Virus record (IMG/VR): IMGVR_UViG_3300037439_000258
Span: 1 to 56,613 of that record
Source: a virus
Lineage: Duplodnaviria > Caudoviricetes
Reading direction: 5' to 3' (one strand)
DNA: 56,613 bases
Shown here: positions 1 through 8,435 of the stretch, piece after piece
Position numbering within the stretch: the stretch's first letter is position 1
Layout of the letters: each line of letters opens with the position of its first letter
Translations under genes and position numbers: made by a program
Notes under the pieces: generated by a model
Seen by the model: only the letters and a program-made list of their open reading frames with translations
Told to the model about the DNA's origin: nothing
Databases searched by the model: none

Positions 1-851
1 CGCACCTGATCAAGAACCGCATTGATCCATTCGTCAGGCACCCAGCGGCCGAAGAGATCCGCCATCGAACACGTGAAGACGTTCTTGTAACTGATGTCGC
101 CACTGGCCGCTGCCGGCACGCCGGTGTTGCCGGGCGCCGAGAGCCGGCCTGGCAGGATCGATGGCTCGAACTTTTGTGGGAAAAACCGCTCAGCAATGTC
201 GCGGGCATAGCAGTACGAGCAATCATGCTTGCAGCCGGTGATCGGGTTCCACGACCACCTGGCCCATTCGATTGAATCGGTGTCCTGCTTGTTGAATGAC
301 GCCTTCTCGCTACGAACGGATAGAAGCATCGTCTGCTGTTCGATGCTCAGTGACTTCCATTCATCGAGGGTGGTCCAGTCTTTCGACCGCGCCGCAATCA
401 TCAACTCGACTTCGGCCTCCACATCCTTGGCGGTGATCGACGTGCCGTGTTTCGCAACTACCGATCGCCAGACGTTCGAGCGCTCTCCATCGGACTCTAG
501 TTTAAGGAGCGGTCTAACGTGCGATTCTCTTGATGGCAAAAGTTCCACATTTGTGGAGATTTTCTCGGCGGCAGACGCAGCGTCGATCAGTTGATATGAA
601 CGACTTTGACCGAATTCCCAGCGACCCCCATCCACGTATTCTTCCCACGTTGCGAATGAATACTTGCCAGCTACTGCCTGGTGGCGCCGCACCTTATACA
701 GGCCACGATCCCTGATTGCCCGCAACTCCAGGCCAATCTCATAGTAGGCGTTACGCTGCGCCCGCTCGATCCTCCCCTCTCTCTCAAGCAGTTCTTCAAT
801 CTCCGGGGCGCCGTCAACTTCCGGTTCGAGCAGTTCCATCCTGGCATTCAT
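1..851 (-). CDS. DUF5131 (phage Gp37/Gp68) radical SAM family protein with N-terminal helical extension; 3' end runs off the window
   Basis: Not in the ORF track because it is truncated. Manual translation from ATG 851 gives ...IEWARWSWNPITGCKHDCSYCYARDIA...VFTCSMADLFG, i.e. CxxxCxxC plus the SMxDLF signature. ATGA overlap with the upstream stop. Confidence 0.9.
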   Translation of the reverse strand, partial: MNARMELLEPEVDGAPEIEELLEREGRIERAQRNAYYEIGLELRAIRDRGLYKVRRHQAVAGKYSFATWEEYVDGGRWEFGQSRSYQLIDAASAAEKISTNVELLPSRESHVRPLLKLESDGERSNVWRSVVAKHGTSITAKDVEAEVELMIAARSKDWTTLDEWKSLSIEQQTMLLSVRSEKASFNKQDTDSIEWARWSWNPITGCKHDCSYCYARDIAERFFPQKFEPSILPGRLSAPGNTGVPAAASGDISYKNVFTCSMADLFGRWVPDEWINAVLDQV

Positions 852-1060
852 TGGAGATCCTCAGTAAGAGCGGCCATCTGTTCAACGACCATCTGGTAGG
901 GCTTTCCGGCAGCACACAAGGAGGCTGCGTAGACCGCCAGAATGAGGAACGATCCCATGTCCTCATCGTTGTCGAGCAAACGGCTTGGCATGCACGCCAT
1001 TGCCTGCTCGCGAATGCCGGGAGGGGCCGGTTGCTGCTCCATACATTCCCTGAGAGTCAT
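848..1060 (-). CDS. hypothetical protein
   Basis: MTLRECMEQQ...; ATGA-coupled on both sides. Confidence 0.55.
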   Translation of the reverse strand: MTLRECMEQQPAPPGIREQAMACMPSRLLDNDEDMGSFLILAVYAASLCAAGKPYQMVVEQMAALTEDLQ

Positions 1061-1335
1061 GATTCCTTCCCTTCCAATTTGCAGTGACACCGATGACACA
1101 CCGGCATTAGGTGGCTAGGCGGATCAAACATCCCCCAGCGGCAGTACTCCTTGTGATGGACCTCGGTCGCTCTTTCGCCGCACAGGACGCACCGCCAACC
1201 GGCCAACATCATCGCCACCTGTCGGACTGCCAGGAAGACCGGATGCTTCAGATAATCCTGGTAGCTGCGGTAGTGTTCCCAGTGGATTGGCTCTTTGCGC
1301 AGCACCTTCAAACTCCTGCAGAATTCGCTCGCCAT
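1057..1335 (-). CDS. small HNH endonuclease
   Basis: RCVLCG..ATEVHH...LMPVCHRCH motif; start uncertain. Confidence 0.8.
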   Translation of the reverse strand: MASEFCRSLKVLRKEPIHWEHYRSYQDYLKHPVFLAVRQVAMMLAGWRCVLCGERATEVHHKEYCRWGMFDPPSHLMPVCHRCHCKLEGKES

Positions 1336-2059
1336 CGATCGACTCAAACCGGTAGTGACCCATCGAGCGATGCCCGTCGGTAGGGAAGTTGCGACCGATT
1401 AGGATGACGAACCTGTGCCCACGTCCAGGCGAACGGATCTCGGAAATAAGCCAGTGCCTGCGGTGGAACATGGCAGGAAATTCCCGAATCGACGGGCAAA
1501 ACTTCGACTCCCATCCTTTGCGCCTCAAGCGGATGTTTCCCTTCATCCACTGATACGTCGAAACGTTCAGGTTGAAGATCAGATCGATCCGTTCATGACG
1601 CTGGGCGAATTGAGCAATCTCCTCATGCGGCATTGCATCGCCGGTGTATCCGTTGGGGTCGCAGACAACCGTGCCAACTGAGTAAGAAGGGTTGCGTTCC
1701 GCCTTGGCTATTGCGGCGGACACGACCGCTAGAATTTCTCTGTTGTCGCAACCGAAGCAATACGCAGTCGAACCGACTCGAGCAGACAGCGCCTCAATGG
1801 CCTTCAGATCGTGGTCGCAGAAAAACGCTTTGAAGTTGGGGCGATGCTGAGCCGCCATCTCGAGAAAGACTATTGGGCTACCGTCGCACCGAGCGTCTTC
1901 GTTCCGACCGGACCCTGAATTCAAATCGATATGCCAGTACGGAAACCGGGCAACATTTTTGCCATTGGATAGGTTCATGGAGACGCGGAAAGCGGCACCA
2001 AAGCCACGTTCCTTGAACGCCGTAGCTGTGCCCTGCCCTTGGCCCAACGACTCAGCCAT
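1124..2059 (-). CDS. TcmP-like (three-Cys-motif partner) SAM-methyltransferase-fold protein
   Basis: HIDLNSGSG (motif I-like), GSP and CDPNG motifs; same operon as DUF5131, the known TcmP partner. Confidence 0.7.
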   Translation of the reverse strand: MAESLGQGQGTATAFKERGFGAAFRVSMNLSNGKNVARFPYWHIDLNSGSGRNEDARCDGSPIVFLEMAAQHRPNFKAFFCDHDLKAIEALSARVGSTAYCFGCDNREILAVVSAAIAKAERNPSYSVGTVVCDPNGYTGDAMPHEEIAQFAQRHERIDLIFNLNVSTYQWMKGNIRLRRKGWESKFCPSIREFPAMFHRRHWLISEIRSPGRGHRFVILIGRNFPTDGHRSMGHYRFESIDGERILQEFEGAAQRANPLGTLPQLPGLSEASGLPGSPTGGDDVGRLAVRPVRRKSDRGPSQGVLPLGDV

Positions 2060-2229
2060 CACGCAGCGTCCAGCCACACGCCCTGAACATCCCTGAGCGG
2101 CACGGCCCTCGACCACAGCAACCAGCCCTGCACGGCCATCAGGGTGCCGTTCTGGTCGATCACTTTCACTGTCCGCACGCGCCCGTCAGGTGTCTGCACG
2201 CGATACCTACCTGGTTGCTTCGGCATCAT
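2059..2229 (-). CDS. hypothetical protein
   Basis: MMPKQPGRYRV...; GAGG RBS; coupled to neighbours. Confidence 0.5.
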   Translation of the reverse strand: MMPKQPGRYRVQTPDGRVRTVKVIDQNGTLMAVQGWLLWSRAVPLRDVQGVWLDAA

Positions 2230-2230
2230 G

Positions 2231-2590
2231 TCATTCCTCGTTTTGGAGCTCGCCGGCGAGAGCGCCGCGGGCTTTCTTGTTCGTCGTGCGGCCATCGCCC
2301 GGCACCAGCTCGGCGTCGTTGACGTGGCAGAAGAAAGTGGCGTCGCAATACTTGACGCACGGCGAAGCAATCTGCAGCCGCTCACCGTCGACCGCCTCGA
2401 CTTCGCCCTGGACCTTGCCGCCGAACAGCGTGATGCGCTCACCCGCGATGAACGGCACCGGGCAGCAGAATTCGCGGTGCACGTGAATCGAGCGGCTATC
2501 GTCGGATAGCTTCATCAGGCCGTCGACGCAGTTTTGCTCGCGGCCCATGAAGCCGATGTTGCGGCCGGTGTGCACGAGCCAGCGCTTCAT
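2231..2590 (-). CDS. hypothetical protein
   Basis: 119-aa ORF, ATGA-coupled to the upstream gene. Confidence 0.6.
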   Translation of the reverse strand: MKRWLVHTGRNIGFMGREQNCVDGLMKLSDDSRSIHVHREFCCPVPFIAGERITLFGGKVQGEVEAVDGERLQIASPCVKYCDATFFCHVNDAELVPGDGRTTNKKARGALAGELQNEE

Positions 2591-3375
2591 GCTGCGTACT
2601 CCGACTCGGCCATCTCGCAGAAGAACGAGCAGGACGGCAGCTTTTCGTTCCGATGCGCTTTACCCGCCGGCAGATCGCGCAACGGAAAACGCTCATTGAT
2701 GCGGGGGCCGGACCGATAGCGAAGAAACCAGGAACCGGGGCCGATCTCGTCCTGCACCAAGCACATGGCCTCGAAATACTCGGGGAAGTCCTCGAGGATT
2801 GCGCGCCAGTACGCCTCCCCTCCCTTGACGCAGCCGAGGCAGTTGCCGTTGTCGTAGCCCATCAGGTAGGTGATCGGCAGCACGATCCCGGCGCGATGCA
2901 CCATCGCCTTGCAGTCGTCCTTGGTGAGGCTGGCGTCCACCAGCGGCGCCAGCACTGGGCGATCCGGATACCGCTCCCGAAAATCGTCAAGTCGGTCTTC
3001 TTCCTCGATGGTGTAGCCGAAGACCATCACATCGCCCGGCTGCTTCCAGGCATCCAACGGCTTGCGCTTCAGCTCAGTGGAGCATGGCGCCCCGTGGCGT
3101 CCCTTGACGTACTGCTTGCGCCGGAAGACTTCGATGATCGACGCGCCGTATTTCTGATCGCGGAGATTGGTGACGGAGCGCCCGAACCAGGCTTCGCAGT
3201 CAGCCAGGAAGCGTCGGTTATCCGGATGCTCCTGCACCAGGAAGGCGTTGATGATCTGGACGTCGTGGGTCAGGCCGTACTGGGCCAGCGCCATCTTCGT
3301 CGCCACCGCTGAGGCGGCGCCGCACGAGAACTGGCAGACGATGCGGCCACTGATTGCGACGGGCGCGGTGGTCAT
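2587..3375 (-). CDS. PAPS-reductase-like / adenine nucleotide alpha-hydrolase family protein
   Basis: PP-loop-like FSCGAASA, EHPDN, APCS..LK and NCLGCVKGG motifs. Confidence 0.8.
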   Translation of the reverse strand: MTTAPVAISGRIVCQFSCGAASAVATKMALAQYGLTHDVQIINAFLVQEHPDNRRFLADCEAWFGRSVTNLRDQKYGASIIEVFRRKQYVKGRHGAPCSTELKRKPLDAWKQPGDVMVFGYTIEEEDRLDDFRERYPDRPVLAPLVDASLTKDDCKAMVHRAGIVLPITYLMGYDNGNCLGCVKGGEAYWRAILEDFPEYFEAMCLVQDEIGPGSWFLRYRSGPRINERFPLRDLPAGKAHRNEKLPSCSFFCEMAESEYAA

Positions 3376-3693
3376 ACGCGTGTCCAACCCAACGCCGCCC
3401 GCGGTTCGGTACTGGCGGGGCTGACTCCCCCACGGGCGGTTATGCCGGGCACTGCTGCGGTAGCGGGAGTCGGTCGTGGAAGCCGGGGGCAATCCCTCGC
3501 ATTGCCCGAGCGCGCATCCCTTCCACAAGCTGCGCGAACCATGACTCGACCACCGGCGGACTTCACCGGCTCGCTCCCTGGGGGTGTATACGACCCTGAC
3601 GAAAAAGACCTCCGACCGTCAGGCCGGAGGAAATCAGGGGTGGAAAACGGGAATGAAACATCCTGGGGCCCCACTGGCTTTATCCGTCCCTTG

Positions 3694-3727
3694 CGCCAGC
3701 CCCACGTGTGCTGGCGTTTTCTTTTTT
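3694..3727 (+). terminator. intrinsic terminator, antisense to the early operon
   Basis: CGCCAGC-loop-GCTGGCG followed by TTTTCTTTTTT. Confidence 0.6.
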
Positions 3728-3732
3728 CGGTG

Positions 3733-4122
3733 CTACGCGACCCGCAGGCTGACCTTGCTCAAGTTCACCTGCAGCCGCTCAAGGCGGCTCACCGCATCGA
3801 TGTAGTCGCGCTGCAGGCGCGCCCGTTCGTCCTCCGGTTCGATCGGCACGGGCGCCTGGTAGCCGCACTCGGCGTTGAGATACTGCATGGCTGCATGACA
3901 GCCCTTCTCGCGCCCCAGGCGCAGCAACACAAACAGGTGACCCGGGTTGAAACGCTCCGGCCGGTCCTCGTTCATGCAGGCCAGCAGGAGACGATGGGCA
4001 GCGTCCGGCGTCTTGTCCGGCCACAGCAAGCACGCGACGACCTTCGCGCCACCCGCGGCCTGGATCACTTCGCGCAAGGCCTCTTCAAGCGAATCGTGAA
4101 AGAGTGTCGGCTGAGTTGCCAT
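3733..4122 (-). CDS. CII-like phage transcriptional regulator
   Basis: ALREVIQAAGGAKVVACLLWP...LLACMNEDRPERF; located downstream of cro. Confidence 0.7.
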   Translation of the reverse strand: MATQPTLFHDSLEEALREVIQAAGGAKVVACLLWPDKTPDAAHRLLLACMNEDRPERFNPGHLFVLLRLGREKGCHAAMQYLNAECGYQAPVPIEPEDERARLQRDYIDAVSRLERLQVNLSKVSLRVA

Positions 4123-4216
4123 CGTCGGTAGAACACTGTGATTTGGAACGGTTTGTAATGCCAGCAGCCGGGCAAAAAAAGAGACTGCTGGGATGCAAAC
4201 GACCAGCAGCATGAAA

Positions 4217-4245
4217 TTGGCGGGGCTTCACAGCCAAGGCAGAAT
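4217..4245 (+). promoter_or_regulatory. sigma70-like promoter, cassette copy 1
   Basis: TTGGCG-17 nt-CAGAAT; same hexamers and spacing at 5011-5039. Confidence 0.6.
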
Positions 4246-4283
4246 GGGGAGGCCACTCTCCATCAACCTCGAAAGGAAGCCCC

Positions 4284-4490
4284 TTGAAAGAATTGTTGAA
4301 GCGCCTGAAGGCGCGGCACTGGGACCAAGACGTGCACACCGCGCCGGGGTTCATCAGCGTGCGATCCCCGTTTATTCGACGGGTTGCGCTTTGGTGGAAG
4401 AAGCATTGGCGGGAGCGACCGCTTGCCTTGCTGGCAACGCTCGCCGCATTGATCGGGGCTGTGGCCGCGCTCATTCAGGTGCTCCGGTAG
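4284..4490 (+). CDS. small membrane protein (antisense moron)
   Basis: C-terminal hydrophobic helix LALLATLAALIGAVAALIQVL; AAGGAAG RBS and its own promoter. Confidence 0.6.
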   Translation: MKELLKRLKARHWDQDVHTAPGFISVRSPFIRRVALWWKKHWRERPLALLATLAALIGAVAALIQVLR

Positions 4491-4752
4491 CCCGTAGGAC
4501 ATGGGCCTCGAAGTCATCATCCGAGAGGACGACGAACTTCACGCCGCGCTCGGCATGGAGCTTGGCGAGGCTGTCATACAACTGTTTCTGGGCATTGGCA
4601 GCAAGCGCATGCCTCGGCCGCAGGATCACGGTATCGCCTGGGTGCACGACCGATAGATCGGACTCGGACAGCATCGATGGGCATGGCGCTCCACGGGCGA
4701 TGCGCTCCCACGCTTGGCGTAGTCGGGAAAGCAATCCCATGGAGTTGGTCAT
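4471..4752 (-). CDS. hypothetical protein
   Basis: ATGA-coupled ORF in the early operon. Confidence 0.5.
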   Translation of the reverse strand: MTNSMGLLSRLRQAWERIARGAPCPSMLSESDLSVVHPGDTVILRPRHALAANAQKQLYDSLAKLHAERGVKFVVLSDDDFEAHVLRATGAPE

Positions 4753-4994
4753 CTCGGGCCAACTTCCGGGACCCGCGCCTCAGCGAGCAGCTCCAGCATG
4801 AGGTCGGATGGTTCGATGCATATCGTGTCCCGACGCGTCCGGATGACGATCAGCTTTTCGAAGGAATCCGGCGGCAACTTCGCGGCGACCTCCGCGCGGA
4901 ATCCGCGGTCGCGGTCAGCGGCCTTGGCGATGGTGTCAAGGCCGGCATACACCACCGGCGAGACTTCAAGCCGCAGCGTTATCGTGCTAGCCAT
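4749..4994 (-). CDS. hypothetical protein
   Basis: 81-aa ORF with GAGG RBS. Confidence 0.5.
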   Translation of the reverse strand: MASTITLRLEVSPVVYAGLDTIAKAADRDRGFRAEVAAKLPPDSFEKLIVIRTRRDTICIEPSDLMLELLAEARVPEVGPR

Positions 4995-5010
4995 GGGCCA
5001 CTGCCTCGTG

Positions 5011-5039
5011 TTGGCGGGGCTTCACGCCAGCCTCAGAAT
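5011..5039 (+). promoter_or_regulatory. sigma70-like promoter, cassette copy 2
   Basis: TTGGCG-17 nt-CAGAAT. Confidence 0.6.
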
Positions 5040-5080
5040 GAGGGTGCAACCCGCCCATCCATTCATCCGGAGGAAGCCCC

Positions 5081-5542
5081 ATGGAACCAGTGAGCATGTC
5101 GAGTGCGATAGCTGGGCTTGTTTTCATCAAGGACAGCCTGTCAGAGCTCATTGCGATTCGCGATCAGCGAAAGCTGTCGAGCGCCATCGACGAGATCAAC
5201 CAGCGCCTGTCGGCCGAAATCGCCACCGTACTGACGCTCCAAGAGCGTCATGCGACGCAGTTGGATCAGATTCAGCAAATGAAAGCCGAAACTGCTCGCC
5301 TGGAAGAGACGCTTGCCCAGATGGCGCCGTACAAGCTGCAGAAGATCGGGCTCGGGATTTTCGTCTACGCCCCAGACAACACGAGCGAGACGGGAGAGCC
5401 GATGCACTACGCGTGTCCCAACTGCATGAAGCGGAGCAAGGAGGTATCGATTCTCCAGCCGTCGCCGAATGGCATGCTTCTTCGATGCCCATCCTGCAAG
5501 ATAGGCTTGCAGATCGCGGACGGCGGATTGGGGATCGCCTGA
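5081..5542 (+). CDS. coiled-coil plus Zn-ribbon protein (antisense moron)
   Basis: GGAGG RBS; CPNC...CPSC motifs. Confidence 0.75.
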   Translation: MEPVSMSSAIAGLVFIKDSLSELIAIRDQRKLSSAIDEINQRLSAEIATVLTLQERHATQLDQIQQMKAETARLEETLAQMAPYKLQKIGLGIFVYAPDNTSETGEPMHYACPNCMKRSKEVSILQPSPNGMLLRCPSCKIGLQIADGGLGIA

Positions 5543-5544
5543 CA

Positions 5545-5811
5545 TCAGGCAGCCGCCTGGTCGGTCGGCGACGGACTCGCCTGGGGGGCGGGCTTTGCGG
5601 CCAGTTCAGGCCAGATACGCTCCCAGTCGTCGGGACGGAGATCGCGGCGCGTCACCTTTCCTTCCGTGAGTCTCTCGATGTCAACGCAGCGCTCGAGCGG
5701 CACCGGCCGGACGCCGGTCCGCCACTGCGACACCAATTCCTGCGGTACGCCGAGCGCTTTGGCCATCAGCGATCCCTGGCCCCGTTCGCTGAGAAATTCA
5801 GATAGCTTCAT
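5545..5811 (-). CDS. cro: Cro-like HTH regulator (YdaS family)
   Basis: MAKALGVPQELVSQWRTG..PLERCVDIE..TEGKVTRRDLRPDDW.RIWPEL; divergent from the repressor. Confidence 0.9.
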   Translation of the reverse strand: MKLSEFLSERGQGSLMAKALGVPQELVSQWRTGVRPVPLERCVDIERLTEGKVTRRDLRPDDWERIWPELAAKPAPQASPSPTDQAAA

Positions 5812-5817
5812 GCCCGG

Positions 5818-5884
5818 ACTGTATAGCGAATCGCTAATCACCGTCAAGAGCGCTTCGCTATACCACCACCTTAGCGCGTCGCTA
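5818..5884. promoter_or_regulatory. OR-like triple operator and cro promoter
   Basis: TAGCG-N3-CGCTA at 5824 and 5872, GAGCG variant at 5848 (24-bp period); minus-strand TTGACG (5847-5842)-18 nt-TACAGT (5823-5818). Confidence 0.85.
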
Positions 5885-5896
5885 TCCAATGTGCGG

Positions 5897-6328
5897 ATGC
5901 GAACGATCGAAGAAATTCGGCGCGTCCGGCTTCAAATGCTGGTGACCGAGCACGGCACCATCACCAAGCTGAAGGTCAAGGCCGGCTATTCGGATCGCGA
6001 CGCCACGCTGAACCAATATCTGAACGCGTCCATCGCCACGAAAGGCGGCAAGCCGAAGGAGATGGGATCAAAGGTCGCGCGCCGGATCGAGGAGGCGCTC
6101 GCGCTAGAAGTCGGCTGGATGGACAACGACCCAGAACTCCCGTTTTCTGATGATCTGGTCGCCGTGCTGCGTGAGCTCGATAAGCGCGCACTTCGGAAGG
6201 TCGAGAACTCAGTCCGGCACAATCTCGACATGAATCTATTGCCGCCGTTCGTCGAGTCGGAACCTGGGGAAGGCGCAAAAAAGGCGCCCTCTCCGCACTC
6301 CCGCTCTCCGCGCCGGCATGTAGCGTGA
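5897..6328 (+). CDS. CI-like repressor lacking an S24 peptidase domain
   Basis: IRRVRLQML...MGSKVARRIEEALALEVGWMD HTH pattern; lies between the two operator clusters. Confidence 0.8.
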   Translation: MRTIEEIRRVRLQMLVTEHGTITKLKVKAGYSDRDATLNQYLNASIATKGGKPKEMGSKVARRIEEALALEVGWMDNDPELPFSDDLVAVLRELDKRALRKVENSVRHNLDMNLLPPFVESEPGEGAKKAPSPHSRSPRRHVA

Positions 6329-6472
6329 GCTACAAACGCTCCGCTCGAATCTACGCCTTCCCGGGTACCCCGATCAACGCACCAACCATCCATCGGTGCC
6401 GTTCGGAGGATGAGCAGCAGAACGAACCCTGACATTCACCGCGAGTGAAAAAACGGGCGACACGCAGCACCA

Positions 6473-6492
6473 GCCCGCTTCGGCGGGTTTTT
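6473..6492 (+). terminator. intrinsic terminator after the repressor
   Basis: GCCCGC-TTCG-GCGGGT followed by a T run. Confidence 0.85.
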
Positions 6493-6536
6493 GGTTTGCG
6501 CCGTTCATCGGGTGGTGAAATCCGCCACGCATTGGT

Positions 6537-6578
6537 TAGCGCTTCGCTATTGCACATAGATTAGCGACGCGCTATTCT
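6537..6578 (+). promoter_or_regulatory. OL-like double operator and PL-like promoter
   Basis: TAGCG-N3-CGCTA at 6537 and 6562; TTGCAC (6550)-17 nt-TATTCT (6573). Confidence 0.85.
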
Positions 6579-6604
6579 TTCGCCATCGCTTTGGAGAACC
6601 CGCG

Positions 6605-6829
6605 ATGGCACAGACCGCACAGATCCTCTCTTTCCCTCGATACCACCTGGCGCAGGTGCAGCCGCAGCTCGACGACAGCGAGATCGGCCTCGCGCTGGCG
6701 CTGTCGATCTGCACGCGCCACGGGCTGACGTTCGACCAGTTCTACCGCGCGCATCCCGGTGCGGTGCAGGTAGCCGACGCCACCGTGAATCGCGACGCCC
6801 TCGCCTGCTGGATCGGGATCGCGGCATGA
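6605..6829 (+). CDS. hypothetical protein, first gene of the PL operon
   Basis: GGAG RBS; directly after the promoter. Confidence 0.65.
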   Translation: MAQTAQILSFPRYHLAQVQPQLDDSEIGLALALSICTRHGLTFDQFYRAHPGAVQVADATVNRDALACWIGIAA

Positions 6830-6983
6830 GCCCCGGCCACGACCCGCGCGCCTCCCGGCCGCCGTCGGATCCGTTCGCGACGATGGTGATCATCGCGGCG
6901 CTTCTCACGGCCGCGGGCGTGCTCGCGATCGCCGCCTGGCAAGTCGTCGAGTGGTTTCGGGCGGCGCTGTGAAGGACCGCTCA

Positions 6984-7376
6984 ATGGCCTACTACCTCGC
7001 GCATCCGAATGCGACGGATGCGGACGACGAGGATCCGGAGTCACGCATGACCGCCGCCGCGAAGCAGCAGGGGCTGGACCACGGGATTCTGAACATCCCG
7101 CTGGCAAAGCGCGGCGACATTGACCGCGAGCTGGACGCATACAAGGTAGCGCAGGCCCGCGAACAGGCCGCAAAGGCGAAAGAGAAAGCTGCCGAGACGA
7201 AGGAACAGCGGGCGCTGGCTAAGGCGCTTGTGGCCACCGTACCGGCTGATGTGTGGGAGCGGATCGGGGCAAAGCTGGACATGAACCCCGCTGCCGTTCG
7301 CAAGCTGTTCGCAAGCGAAGCGCATTGGGGACCGGCCAATGTGATTGCTGCTCTGTCGCATGAGGAGGCAGCGTGA
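6984..7376 (+). CDS. hypothetical protein
   Basis: AAGGA RBS; coupled to the next ORF. Confidence 0.6.
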   Translation: MAYYLAHPNATDADDEDPESRMTAAAKQQGLDHGILNIPLAKRGDIDRELDAYKVAQAREQAAKAKEKAAETKEQRALAKALVATVPADVWERIGAKLDMNPAAVRKLFASEAHWGPANVIAALSHEEAA

Positions 7377-7621
7377 AAGTCCCCGTCTCGCGCAGTTTCC
7401 TCAAGGTGATCTATGAGGCGCTTGCAGAGCGCAGCGGGACTCACCCGCTGGCTTTGCGCGTCGCCGAAGTCATCGATGAGCACGACGCAGCGCACAGAGA
7501 ACTGACCGACGCCGAAATCATGATCATTGCCCGCAATGCGCCCGCCCAAGAAACGGCGGATGAAGAATGGCTTTGGGTCTGCCGCGCCGTTATCGCCGCC
7601 GCTAAAGAAGCGAAATCATGA
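7373..7621 (+). CDS. hypothetical protein
   Basis: GGAGG RBS; GTGA overlap. Confidence 0.6.
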   Translation: MKVPVSRSFLKVIYEALAERSGTHPLALRVAEVIDEHDAAHRELTDAEIMIIARNAPAQETADEEWLWVCRAVIAAAKEAKS

Positions 7622-7697
7622 GCGCCTTCTGCCTATCAATCATCTTCGGCATCCCGCTGGTTGTGCTGTGGTGGCCAATTGTCGAGAGGATTCTGTC

Positions 7698-7889
7698 ATG
7701 ACCGCCCCCGTGAGTCACCTCGAGCTAACGACCTCTTTCACCCCGGAGGAGTTTGCGATGCTGGCCCGTATCGTGGACGAAGGGATGTGGCAGTTGGCCA
7801 GCACCCCCCACACCGCAGAGGATGAGCGGCTTTGGGACATGGTGTGCGCCAAGCTGCAAATGCCGGGATACATCGGAGAGCGGGCATGA
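7698..7889 (+). CDS. hypothetical protein
   Basis: GAGGA RBS; ATGA-coupled downstream. Confidence 0.5.
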   Translation: MTAPVSHLELTTSFTPEEFAMLARIVDEGMWQLASTPHTAEDERLWDMVCAKLQMPGYIGERA

Positions 7890-8435
7890 GCGCCGTGCTC
7901 AAGCCCGAGCTCGAGGCGCCGGTCGTGGCCGCCGACCAATGGAGCGCCTGCAGCATCCTCGATTGCAATCGGCGGGTGTTACGGCCATGGGTGGTGCTCG
8001 ATGCACTACCAGCGCTGGAAGCGCACAGGCGACCCGGTAAAGACCGTCAAGCAGCCGGCAGGCTCGGCCTACGAGAATTGCGACGGATATCGCCTTGTCC
8101 GGGATCGGATGGAGCATGTCCTCATCGCCGAGCGGGCCATGGGTAAGCCGCTTCCCGCGAAGGCCGAGGTTCACCATGTCGACGAGAGCAAGGGCAACAA
8201 CGTGCCCTCGAATCTCGTCATCTGCCAGGACCACGCCTATCACCGGCTGCTGCACGTCCGGATGCGGGCGCTAGACGCCTGCGGCAATGCGAACTGGCGC
8301 AAGTGCACGTTCTGCAAGCGGTATGACGATCCAGCGGCGATGACTGCCAACCGCTGGTCCTTCTATCATGCGGCCTGCCACGCCACCTATCAATGCACCC
8401 GCTATCAGCGCGAGCGGACGAGGAATGCGGCATGA
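7886..8435 (+). pseudogene. HNH endonuclease, frameshifted near 7972-7980
   Basis: CSILDCNRR in one frame joins YGHGWCSMHYQRW...EVHHVD..N...NL in the +1 frame; the paralog at 9349 is contiguous. Confidence 0.7.

Noticed and set aside
5824-6574. CRISPR-like repeats
   Set aside because: 13-bp palindromes overlapping promoters with 11-12 nt gaps are operators; no array or cas gene seen anywhere in the window
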